Positions 48,974 through 61,893 of a stretch of DNA of 64,000 nucleotides are shown here, in pieces. A program made the translations under genes and the position numbers. The DNA comes from Paraspadella gotoi (Eukaryota > Animalia > Chaetognatha). The stretch covers positions 15,338,196 to 15,402,195 of the forward strand of contig CM119264.1 of NCBI GenBank assembly GCA_051294375.1, written 5' to 3'. Each line of letters opens with the position of its first letter. Position 1 is the first letter of the stretch. The notes under the pieces were generated by a model. That model was not told the DNA's origin. It saw only the letters and a program-made list of their open reading frames with translations, and ran no database searches.

Positions 48974-51308
48974 GGTTCTAGTTGGTTGGCGACTTCGCCA
49001 TGGCGATATCGCCACGGCTTTGGCGATGTCGCCAGTCCCCCACTGCGCGACCTCGCCAGTGATAAAAGTAGCGAATATAATGAAAGCGCAGCTAACACGG
49101 GGATGAGCCATCACCTTCAGGCTCCTCTCCCAACCCTAACCCTAAACCAAACCTCCCGTTCAACTCTGTGCCTCTCCCTAACCCTAACCCGGGCCTGGGC
49201 CTCCCGTACATCTCCATGCTAAACCCTAACCCTAACCGCCTTTGATGCATCAACCAACGGGCCCCCCCCCAACCCTAACCCTAAACCAAGCCTTCCCGTT
49301 CAAGACTCTGTGCCTCTCCCCTAACCCTAACCAGGCTCAGCCTCCCGTACATCTCCGTGCCTCAACCCTAACCCTAACCGCCTTTCGATGCATCAACCAT
49401 GGGCCCCTCCCCCAACCCTAACCCTAAACTAAGCCCGCCGTTCAACCTCCATGCCTCTCCCACTAACCCTAAACCCAGGCCCAGCCTCCCGTACATCTCC
49501 GTGCCTCAACCCTAACCCTAACCGCCTTCGATGAATCAACCATGGTCCCCTCCCGCAACCCTAACCTAACCAAGCCTCCCGTTCAACCTCCATGCCTCTC
49601 CCCTAACCCTAAACCAGGCCCGGCCTCCGTACATCTCCGTACCTCAACCCTAACCCTAATTGCCTTCGATATATAACCCACGGGCCTCTCTCCCAACCCT
49701 AACCCTAAACCGGGCCCAGGCCTCCCGTAACATCTCCGTACCTCAACCCTAACCCTAATTGCCTTCGATATATAACCAACGGGCCTCTCTCCAACCCTAA
49801 CCCTAAACCGGCCCAGGCCCCCGTACATCTCCGTGCCTCAACCCTAAACCCTAACGGCGGGCCTCTTGGTCATCAACAACACCCTCCCTACCCCTATCCC
49901 TAAAATTGACATTAATAATAAGCCTAAATAAACTTAACTTAACTCAACCCTAACCCTAACCCTAAACACTCAACCCTAACCCTAAACTACTCAACCCTAA
50001 CCCTAACTACTACCTACTCAACCCTAACCCCTAAACCAACTCACCCTAACCCTAACCCTAATCTGAGTTTTATTTTTAGGCGAAATCGCCATAACTAGAA
50101 CGCTAGATGTAGTTCAGTGCGAAATCGCCAAATCGCGACTTAGCCATGAATGCCCTCGCCATTTGGCGGTTTAGCTGTGAACTACATCTAGCGTTCTAGT
50201 TATGGCGATTTCGCCTAAAATAAACTCAGGTTAGGGTTAGGGTTAGGGTTGAGTTGGTTTAGGGTTAGGGTTGAGTAGGTAGTAGTTAGGGTTAGGGTTG
50301 AGTAGTTTAGGGTTAGGGTTGAGATAGTTAGGGTTAGGGTTAGGGTTGAGTTAAGTTAAAGTTTATTTTAGGCTTATTATTAATGTCAATTTAAGGGATA
50401 GGGGTAGGGAGGGTGTTGTTGATGACCAAGAGGCCCGCGTTAGGGTTAGGGTTGAGGCACGGAGATGTACGGGAGGCCTGGGCCCGGTTTAGGGTTAGGG
50501 TTGGGAGAGGCCGTGGGTTATATATCGAAGGCAATTAGGGTTAGGGTTGAGGTACGGAGATGTACGGGAGGCCTGGGCCCGGTTTAGGGTTAGGGTTGGG
50601 AGAGAGGCCCGTGGGTTATATATCGAAGGCAATTAGGGTTAGGGTTGAGGTACGGAGATGTACGGGAGGCCGGGCCTGGTTTAGGGTTAGGGGAGAGGCA
50701 TGGAGTTGAACGGGAGGCTTGGTTTAGGGTTAGGGTTGCGGGAGGGACCCATGGTTGATTCATCGAAGGCGGTTAGGGTTAGGGTTGAGGCACGGAGATG
50801 TACGGGAGGCTGGGCCTGGGTTAGGGTTAGGGAGAGGCATGGAGTTGAACGGGAGGCTTAGTTTAGGGTAGGTTGGGGGAGGGGCCCATGGTTGATGCAT
50901 CAAAGGCGGTTAGGGTTAGGGTTGAGGCACGGAGATGTACGGGAGGCTGAGCCTGGTTAGGGTTAGGGGAGAGGCACAAGAGTTGAACGGAAGGCTTGGT
51001 TTAGGGTTAGGGTTGGGGGAGGGCCCGTGGTTGATGCATCAAAGGCGTTAGGGTTAGGGTTGAGGCATGGAGATGTACGGGAGGCCCAGGCCCGGGTTAG
51101 GGTTAGGGGAGAGGCACAGAGTTGAACGGGAGGTTTGGTTAGGGTTAGGGTTGGGAGAGGAGCCTGAAGGTGATGCTCATCCGTGTTAGCTGCGCTTTTC
51201 ATTATATTCGCTACTTTTATCACTGGCGAGGTCGCCAGTGGGGGGACTGGCGACATCGCCAAAGCCCTGGCGATATCGCCATGGCGAAGTCGCCAACCAA
51301 CTAGAACC
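48974..51308. repeat. 2.3-kb foldback palindrome made of TTAGGG-containing ~120-bp subunits
   Basis: Arms 48974-50116 and 50178-51308 are near reverse complements around a 61-nt spacer; ends GGTTCTAGTTGG...CCAACTAGAACC. Confidence 0.9.
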
Positions 51309-52348
51309 ACACCTGCAACTCGTTGCGTGAATCGCCGGCGACATCGCTATTTGAATGAACTACAACTTAGGTTTTTATAAAGATTTTTGGGGCTTTTTTG
51401 CTAGTATCTTAATAAATAATTATCGTAAAGAGTTGGCAATAGACTCAAAATAAAGGTCACATACTATAGTTTCTAGTCCATAATATTATAATAAGTAAAA
51501 TTATATCATATCATTTAAAACTTTAATTAATATTTTTTCAAATTTTGGGGGGGGATGATGTACCTATTATGAATTAATTGAAAGAAGACTGTCTTATAGA
51601 ACTCGTTGGTACCCTCAATTTTTTAGATTAAAATCTTTTATATTCTCAATATTACCCACCATTTTTTTAAAAAAATTATATATTTTTTGATTAATAATTC
51701 TTTAACCAAAAGTCGGAAAAAATTGGGAGTGGTCTTAAAATTAAAGCTCTCGTTTACTAATATCGTTTGACATATAGATGTTTGAATTGAGTCTATATAT
51801 TTTCCAAAATTTAGTACAAAATTTTCCTCTAAAAATTAACTTATCAACTTCAACTGCAATTAAAAAAAATGAGTTTGAAAAATTTTTTTGACTTGGCCTA
51901 AGCTCTCGTCCTGAACCTTCAGAAAATGGTATATTTCGATTTTTCTTTTTCCCCATAAAAAGAACCGTCCTAATCAGATGATTAATTATAACAAATCTTT
52001 CAATATTTATATTTTATTGTTCTTTTCTAACTTTTGTTCTTTTTATTTAAGTATTATGTTGTTGTTGTTTAGATATTATTGTCACTTCACCTTTTATTTT
52101 TTCCTTTCCTTATGTCATTTTTTTTCCTTTTTTTAAATTTTAAGTTTTTTCTCTTTTTTAGTCGGATCTGCTTACAGCAGATCCCCGACTCTATAATCCA
52201 CTTTGATGGATCAAAAGATTTATCTTTGGAAGCATAATTTAATTTCAACCCTATTTAAAAAACCCTAAGTCCCTCTGAAAAGCTAGACTCCCTTGTGCAC
52301 TTCTCTGTGACTTCCTCTTTCTCTGTGGGTCTTTCTCTGGCTCTCAAG

Positions 52349-52921
52349 TAAGGCGTAGTGAAAGTTACACGCAAAAATTTTAAATGTCAATTATGAACAA
52401 CATACCATCAGTAAACATTAATTTATTAAAAAAATTAATTTTATGTTCTTCAATTTTCGCAGTAGGCTATATTTATATATAGTACTATCTTATAAAATCG
52501 AAAAATTTCAAAAATAGGCTTTTCTTAATTTTGATTGCAGATTTGAATTCCTCGTCAAAAGTTGATAAAAGAAAATATAAATCATTTTTAAAAATTCTTT
52601 CACTAAGTGGGTTAAAAATTAAAAAAAACTATATTTTAATATATAAAAAGTTTATTTTCAACTTAAAATATAGCTTTTTCTAATTTTTGACCCACTTAAT
52701 GAAGGAATTTTTCAAAAACTGCAAAAAAAAATCTTTAAAAAAAACTGTTTTGAAATTTTAACATTTATTGATTTAGACTAGTAAAAATATGGCCTACTGC
52801 GTAAATTGTAAAATTTATTATAAATTTTTTTTAAAATAAATGTTTATTTGTATAATGTTGTTCGTTCCTCACTTTTAGAATTTTAAATTAAAGTTAAATA
52901 TAGAAATTTTACTACGCCTTA
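52349..52921 (+). mobile_element. hAT-like MITE family C
   Basis: TIR taaggcgtagt; 8-bp TSD ctctcaag. Confidence 0.85.
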
Positions 52922-55900
52922 CTCTCAAGGCCTCAGTCCCGTGCTTTTTCGTAGGTCTTACTCTGGCCTTGGACCCTTTACTCTTCTGACTACTGTCAGT
53001 TTAACTCTTCTGACTACTGTCAAATTTTTACCTTTCTGGCTATGGCCAGGAGTCATGCTTTCAAGGAGGGACGTTTTGAGACTCCCTTGATGCTCTGCTC
53101 TCTTTCAAAGCTAAATCAATTTTGGTTTCTCCAATTTTGGTTTCTCCAAAAGCTAACGTGTATTTAAAATAATAAAAAAAGGAAATGTTTTGATTTCCCC
53201 TAAAGTAGGGTAGTCTGGTGTTTTTTTATTTTTATTAAGAAAAATTTTTTTCATGTGCTGTCAAGTAGCGGACATCGTTAGCTTTCCGATCAAGATTTTT
53301 AAAAAATCCTTTGAAACATTTTTAAAAAATTATATGGAAAAGATGCCCCATAATTATGGCTTTAATATGCTACCAGTCTCATCGTTCTATCATTTTTGGT
53401 TCAAAAGATATCAAAGAAAATCAATTTTTTTATTACCAATTGACTCGGCCGAAGCTAAAAATTTAAGTGGAACCAAACCAAATAACTTGCTTTCAAGGCA
53501 TATCGCGTCTATGCGCGTCTACGTAGGTCAATTTTAAAAACCCTCAAACGCTTATTTACTAGTAACCTGACGACATCAAGTGAAGGAAGTTCGGTTCTCT
53601 TATTATATCAAAAAGAAAAATTAATTCTAATATTTTAGCTAATATCTATCGATTTCAATGAAAAAAAAGGCACTAGATATATTGCATGTGCATGTGAAAA
53701 GTAGCAAAAATGATATTGATTCTTGATTAGAAAATGCAGCAGATGATTAGGACTAAGCTCTGACGAAAAAAGTCAGAGGTTTTTTTAATTTATTCTTTTA
53801 CCGGCCAATGTAGAATGATGGCAATATTGCTATTGTTAAGTTTCAAAAAAATCCGATGATAAATATAGAAAATATTAACTAAAATCTTCGGAAAATCCAC
53901 TCCTTCTTTGGAAGATTTTCGCCATAGAAGATTTTTCCCGAATCTGACTCCCAGTTGAAAACTCTTAGAATTCCGATCGTTAGCTCCTCTTTTACTTTTA
54001 CTTTAAATAAAAATTTCACCAAAATGGACTAATTCACTTTACCATGATCATATCATATTAAAATAACCAAATAAAATGTAAAGAAAAATTTTAAGAGCCC
54101 TTCAGACATATGGCTATCGGATTCCTGAATTCAAAGTTTATTGTAAAATGACAACATACTGTAAATGCGTTGACATTGTATTAAAGTTGAGAAATCCCTT
54201 TATTTTATATATAAAAATTGCATCGAAAATATTTTCCCGAGCGGACAGGTCCATTTAAATCTGATAGTTTTATGTCAAAATGCAACAGGATCAGAATCTC
54301 GAGTTTTTACATCTATTTTTACCTGAATTTTTTTAGGAGCGTTTATATTGTTTGGTAGTCAGATTTTAACAAAAATCTCCATTGAAAAAATCTTCCTCAA
54401 TCTCTCAGAACGTCAGCTCCTAGTTTACTGCGTTTTTTTGCCGAATTCCTTGATAGAAATCACAGCCCTGCGTTTTTATTAAAACCAGAGATGTGGAAGC
54501 GATCAATTTTTCGCCGCTGCCAATCCGGCGCTTCCCAAGACCCCTCCCGCTCCCGTTTTCGGGTGCAATCCTTACTTTTTCATCCCGGATCGCTTTCGGT
54601 TTCGAGTGCACATCGCTTCCTTCCTTTAGAAATTTTACATTTATTATTATTATTTATAAAAATATTCTCTTTAGACATGTAATTCATTGGTAGAATAATT
54701 TTAAACAATCTTTTTTGTTAACAAATAACAAGTAAAATTTTTACTATAAAAAATTGTAAGATTTATAAGATTGTAAGAATTGTTTGAGTGCAAATAAGTT
54801 TAAATGAAAAAAACAAAAAACCTGTTTCCCTATTTGCTTTTTTCTTTTTTATTAAATGTAAATACAAGCTGCATTAATTATTCAATTAATCAATTAATTA
54901 ATCAATCAACTAATCAACTAATCAATTTTTTTATCAATCAACTAATTAATAAATTTCTTAATCGATAAATTATTAAAAGAACCAATTAATTAATCAATCA
55001 ATTAAACAATGTCAGTGTTATCATTGTCGTTATCTCCAACGTTGTTGTTGCTTTTGTCCTGGTCAGTGACCTGACAAAAAGACCTAAAAACTAACAGGCC
55101 TGATATGAATTTCATTTAATTGATCAATCAATCATTCAATTAATCATGACGGTGTTATCCTCGTCGTCATCATCATCATGGTCCTCATTTCTTTTGTCAT
55201 AATGAAAAGACTAAAAAACAAACAAGTTTGAGCTAACAATGCCAGAACTGATCAGTTAATTAATTATTCAATCAATCATCGTCGGTGTTATCATTGTCGT
55301 GGTCGCCATCATTAATTAATTAATTAATTAAAATTTATTTATAATGTTTGCGGTGACTTAAAATAAGAATTTATAAAAAAAATTGATTCATGTTTTTTGT
55401 GATAATGAAAAACTGGTATTATCAAAAACAGTAAAAAACAACAACTAGTATTTAGATTGGCTGAGAAAAAGGTCAGCCATAACAAGATCGGGTAAGAACA
55501 GGTCATTCTTATTGACCACTACTATACTACGGGTCACAAAGTACAAAGACTTCGTCGTCGTCTTTGTCATTGTATTCGTCGTCGTTGTTGCCTTTGTTCA
55601 AATCATTTGAGCTCCCAAATGTTCGATGTTATTCTTTTAATTAATCAATATGTAATTAATTAAATAATTTATTATTTTTCAACTAATTAATTAATTACTG
55701 CTAATGATCATGGGCAGATCCGGCATTGTTTGCTCAAACTTGTTTATTAATAATTTTGATTTATTTATTTTATATATATTTTTTTATTTGCTTTTTTGTT
55801 CAGTGCGAGAGGGGAAAAAAAGAAAAGATAGTGTATGTTAGAGATATAAGTATGTATAAGCACAATATTATGTAATATTGCCAATAAAGCAGATCAATCC

Positions 55901-58588
55901 TTTTGGTTCAAAGTTGTTTGTAACATGAAAAACCTTTTGGATTTAAAAAAAAGATTTGAATTTAAAGAAAAACAACAAAAATATAAGAAATAAAATTTTT
56001 AGTTTTATAGAATTAAAAAAGTTTAATTTATATTTTAATTTAACTTATAATTACAGTTTTTTCAGATAGAAAAAACATTTTGTTCAGCTCAAATTTTATT
56101 TCAATCTATTCAAGAGAATAATTAAAAAAACAAGTTTGAGCAAACAATGTCGGATCTGCCTACGATAATTAATTAATATTAATATTAATAATATGTAATA
56201 ATTAATTTTAAATTTATATTCAACTTAATCATAGCCATCGGGGATGTCCTTAAATTCGGGTTGAGGACAGTATTAAATATTGTTATGGTTTGGTTTACAT
56301 TTTATACGAAACAAACAAATATCTCTATTTATTTTATGTCTCCTTCTCTCTCACTCTCTCTCTCTCTCTCTTTATGCAATTGCGACGATCTTTATGCTTT
56401 TAAGATTTTTTTAACTTGCATTCATTTTTTCACATTAATTAATTAATACATTTATTAGTAATCATTAATATTAAAGATTCAAGTAAATGTGACTTATGTT
56501 TTTTCATCTAAACTCATTTCCACTGGCACAATTCCGTCAAAACTTTATATAATTATATATATTAATAAATATTTTAAAGCTTCAGTGCAACAACCAATGA
56601 ACTAATTCAAAAAGTTACATTGAAAATCGATTTAGTAGAAGAAGGGAAAAAAAATTTTTTGAGAACTAGAAGTTATAAAAAGTGTTCAATTTATGCCCGC
56701 CTTTCTAGATATATTGCATGTGATTAAACAATGTTATCAGAATAAAAATTTTATGTATTTTGTAAGTATTTCAAGTATTTTTATTCAGTGAGTAAAATAA
56801 CAACTTTTTTATTCGCTAATTTTTATCTCGGACTCTCTCTCCTCTCTCTCTCTCTCTTCTCTCTTTTGCAATTGCGACGATCCTTATGCTCATTTTCTGC
56901 TCTCTTCTCGTCTCCTCTCGTCTCTCTTTGCAATGCGACGATCCTTATGCTTTTAGGATTTTTTTAACATTGCATCATTTTTCTGCTTGCATCATTTTTT
57001 AAACTTGCATAATTTTTTTAAGTTGCAATCATTTTTTAACATTAATTAATTAATTAATTAAAACATTTATTAGTAATCATAAATTAATAATCATAAATAA
57101 TAAAGATTCAAGTAAATGTGACTTATGTTTTTTTCATTTAAACTCATTTCCACTGGCACAATTCCGTCAAACTTTATATCTAGCTTCTTCACACACTTTC
57201 CTACCCGCTCACAAAATTTCATGGGTTTTAATAAGTAAAAAGATTCAAGTAAATGTGACTCATTTTTTTTTTCATTTAAACTCATTTCCACTCGTACGTT
57301 TCGGCATCGTTTCACATTTTTCTACCCACACAAAAAATTTGAACTTCCATCCAATTATGATTAATTAGAATTTTTATTGGTTAAAATAAGTAAAAATATT
57401 TTAGTAAATGGGACTTATGTTTTTTCCATTTAAACTAATTTCCACTCACACGATTCCGTCGAAACTTTATATCCACCTTTATCACACACTTTCCTACCCA
57501 CACACAAAATTTCATTCCAATCCAACCAGCCAATCACGAGTTATTGGAGCTTTTTGCTAAGGTGGGACGGATGGACGGATTGATTGACTGTTTAAATAAT
57601 TATTGATTAATTAATTGACTAATTGATTAATTATTTAATTTATTAATACATCCTGCATATACATTTAATATAAAAAGAAAAAGAAGCATAATCAATTAGT
57701 GAAACAGGTTTTTTGTTTTTTTCCATTTAAACTCATTTCCACTCGGACGATTCCATCGAAACTTTATATACAGCTCAATCACACACTTCCCTACCCACAC
57801 ACAAAATTTCATTTTCCGGGTTCAATCCTTTGTCAATTTTTCTATCGCTCCCGGTTTCGGGTTCTTCAAAAATCGGCCGCTTCCACAATCCAGTGTTCGC
57901 TTACGCTTTCCGGATGCGTCCACATCTCTGATTAAAACTTTCTTCTCGTCACTCTTTTTATTTTTCTTTCTTTTCTTTCTATTCTATTCTTTCTTTCCTT
58001 TCTATTCTTTTTTTCCTTTCTATTCTTTTTTCCTTTCTATTCTTTTTTTCCTTTCTATTCTTTCTTTCCTTTCTATTCTTTCTTTCCTTTCTATTCTTTC
58101 TTTCTATTTATTCTTTTCTTTTTTTTCTTTTTGTTTATTAATTAATTTTCTTCTTTCAAATTTGATTTTTTTTAGTATCAAAATTTGTCGTCAATCCAGA
58201 TTTTTCTTATGCTTTAAGAATTTTTTTACATCGTTTTTTACTTAGTTTTCACGTTTATCTTTGTCTTCAGTATCTTCAGATTTTGAATGGTTTGGTACTT
58301 TAAATTGTGCCATGAATAATTCACCTGCTAAATGTAATTCTTCTTCATTTTATTCAATTCATTTTATTTTATTTTAATTTATCCATTCATTTCATTTATT
58401 TATATTTATACATTTATTTATCTTTTGTATATTAAGCCAAGTTTGTTATGTATAAAACTTAGTTTTCCTGTATCAAATATAATTTTTTGTTTGAGTATCA
58501 AAATTTGTCATGGGTCCAGAATTTTTTTAGTAAGTTGGTTTGAAAATAGTTTTACTTTATAGTATTTTAAATTTTTTAACAAATTTAG

Positions 58589-58730
58589 GTTCCAAAGAAA
58601 ATGTCTCGGGAACCGGAGATTGCTCCACATTGACATCGAGATTACAGTCCCCTGAAGGAAACCTGGATTATTACATCGATTGGTTCAACAGGATATCTTT
58701 TCTTACTGCGACTGAGATCTGCATGCACAG
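58589..58730 (+). CDS. RASGEF1: RASGEF1-family exon (CDC25 domain; gene continues beyond right edge)
   Basis: GNLDYYIDWFNRISFLTATEICMH; tttag| acceptor phase 1, ag|gttggc donor. Confidence 0.92.
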
Positions 58731-60889
58731 GTTGGCTTACGTTAATTTATAGTTTGCTGCAGAAAAATCTTAGTCAATTTAAAACTTACTTAATATAGCC
58801 CATATTAGTAACTCCCTCGCATCTTTCCTCTAAATAATTCAAAAAAAAATTAATAGCTTTTTGTTTAACATAAATTAGATTCCTCCACAGATTTTTAGTC
58901 TGCTTATCAGCAGATTCCGACTCTATAATTCACTTTGTCGTTCCCACCCTAAATCTTGTTGAAAAATATTTTTTATCATATCAAAACATTAAATTTTGTG
59001 TGTGGGTTGGAAAGTGTGTGATTGAGCTGGATATAGTTTTGATGGAATCGTACGAATGGAAATGAGTTTAAATGGTAAAAACAAATCATATTTACTTATA
59101 TTTACTCATAATAATTATATTTTTTAAAAGTTGGATAAAAAAATTTTTTAAAAATTTTGTGTGTTTAGAAAATTAGTGATTAAGCTGGATATTAATTTTT
59201 GATGGAATCGTAGGAGTGGAAGTTTAAAATAGAAACCAAAAAACACATTTTTGGAATTTTAGTCGGATTTGCTTATCAGCAGATCCGACTCTTTTATTCA
59301 CTTTGTAGGTCCTCCCCTCAATCTTGTCGGGCATTCACATATCATGTCAGAACATCGAACTATGATAAATTATGCAAAAAAACCGATGTCCGTCTGTCCG
59401 CCCGTCCCTCCTTAGCAAAAAACTCCAATTGTTCGTGATTGGATGGATGGATCAGAATTAAATTTCGTGTGTGCGTAGAGAAGTGTGTGATTGAGCTGGA
59501 TATGAAGTTTCGATGGAATCGTGCGAGTGGAAATTAGTTTAAATGAAAAAAAATTTTCACTATTTGAACGCCAATTACTCATGAGTGGATGGGAATATTG
59601 ACTTAAAATTTTGTATGTGGGTAGGAAAGTGTGGATGGATAAGGCAGAGGGCTTCAAATGTTAATCCCCATAAAAAATAGTGGCGGGGATTCCCCAAAAC
59701 AGAGGAAAAGAAGACAGTTTTCATGAACAGAAAGAGGGCGCAGTTGAAACTGTCCCCTTATAGCCAGTTCAAACTGCGCCTTTTTGGATGGCAGAATACT
59801 TGAAAATGTGTGATTAAGCAAGAAAATTAAGTTTCGATGGAATCGTCTAAGTGGAAATGAGTTTAAATGGAAAAACAAAAAACCTGTTTCACTATTTTAT
59901 TAAGCTTCTTTTTTTTATATTAAGTGTAAATGCAAGATGTATTAATTAATCAAATAATTAATCAGTTAATTAATTAATTAATCGGTCAATTTATTTAGTT
60001 CATCTATTATTAAATATTCAATCAATCAATTTATTTAGTTCATCTATTATTAAATATTCAATCAATCAATTTATTTAGTTATCTATTAATTAATTATTCA
60101 ATCAATGAATTTATTTATAAATTAGGCAGTGATTTCTATCGAGGAATTTAGCAAAAAAACCACTGTTTTCAATATTGTTAGAATATTACCAACAAAAATG
60201 ATTAAATTTTAACTCTAAGACAAAGTTGGCTAGACTAATTGAAATCATCTGCCGCATTTTCTAATCAAGAATCAATATCATTTTTGCTACTTTTAATAAA
60301 AAAAATCATGTCCATTTTTGTCCATTTTGACTATTGTCTTGAGATTTGAATGCCAAGATCATTGAAGAAAAATTTTTTACTCCGGCTTTCGGGACCTTAT
60401 CTTCTTTACCTCTGAGTTGGTTCATTTGCCGTTAGTCATTATTGTTTGCCTATGAATTAATTTTTAAATTGACTAGTCAAAAACTTATGTTTTTACATTT
60501 TATTACAATTTCTTAAACCAAAATACTTCAAAATGTTGACAATTCTAATAAAATATTCCCTATTGCTGGTGCTACTAGTACCTAAAAAATTAGGGCAAAA
60601 TATTTAATACTTAAGCTGCAAAAAAAATTTTTAAGCCTACTTTTAAGTTGTGAGGTGCGTTTTATTTGAACTAAAACTTGGTATTTGACTTATTTTATAA
60701 TTTTAATAGATGAGAAACATACTAAAATTGACGAATTAAAAAAAACCGCCTTCTTTTATTGAAAGTGGAAGCGTCAGCAAAATAATTTCTCCTAATCGAC
60801 AGGTTTTTGCGGAAAAAATTTCCGCAAAAATCTGTCGATTTTTTCAATCTGCTTGGCAACCAAACTTCCGCTAAAATCATACACTACCC

Positions 60890-61893
60890 TAGACGAGAAT
60901 CTCGCTTTAAAAAAAATTCAACATTTTTCTAATAGAGAATTCCGTTCAAATCTGACTATCCAAATTGCAAACGCGTTTGCCAGAAATTCGGTTTAAAAAC
61001 ACTTGTTAAAACGCTCGATTCCGAGAGCGTTACATCTGAAGAGCTTGTCCTATTCGTTTTATGGCATTTGATAAAGGATTTAATATCAAAAAGCCAGGGG
61101 AAATGCACTACTTCATTCCGCGGAGAATTTTCAAACCTCATTTTTACTATAGAAATGAAAGGGAAAGTTTACAAAAACTTAAAAATTGCAAACGGGATTG
61201 CTATTATGTTCCTGTTACATGAGCGGACTTCGAATTTCGCGATTTTGATAGCTTTGTTCTGAAGAGCTTGGTCCTATTTTTTTTTTTTTCATTTTATAAT
61301 GATTTTGACCATAAAATGATCAGGTTTAAATGAAATAGTCCGGTTTGAATCGCGAAATTTTATTTAAAAAGAAATTAAAAGAAAGGTTGAGAAAAAAACT
61401 GATTTTTCCTAATACTCTTTTGAAGGAATAAAGATAAAGGGATGGCAATAGTACCAAAATGAAGCCATAATCATAGGGCACATACAAGATACAATTTTAG
61501 AATTACTTAGTTTGACACTCACCCTGTAGGAGGTTTCAGCATAAGTCAAAATTATAATGAATTTTAAAAACTAATGACACCCCATCAGAATAAATGAAAT
61601 TTATTCTTTTTATGATTCTGAAAAGAAAAAGGCTAAAAATTTTTTGGATAAAGAAAATTGAAATTTTTGTCACTTAAATATTTGCTTGTCTGATTTAACA
61701 AGGCATGCTTACAAAATTCTACAAAATATTATTCACCCATCACAGCCTAAGTATTTATCTTTCTATTCCACCAGCAAAAGTAAACATTATCTTATTGAAG
61801 AGAACAGGGATGTTTACTGAAAGGAGCCGAAAGCCATTCAACTTCTCACTTGATGTTATTTTTTAATAATAAAATAAGCAAATTTTTTTATTA
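60890..61893 (-). mobile_element. Same 1.4-kb element, interrupted by the LTR element
   Basis: Reverse complement of about 11950-12977. Confidence 0.8.

Noticed and set aside
49120-49850. CRISPR-like repeat-spacer pattern
   Set aside because: The spacers themselves repeat, the context is eukaryotic and there are no cas genes; it is a higher-order tandem repeat.
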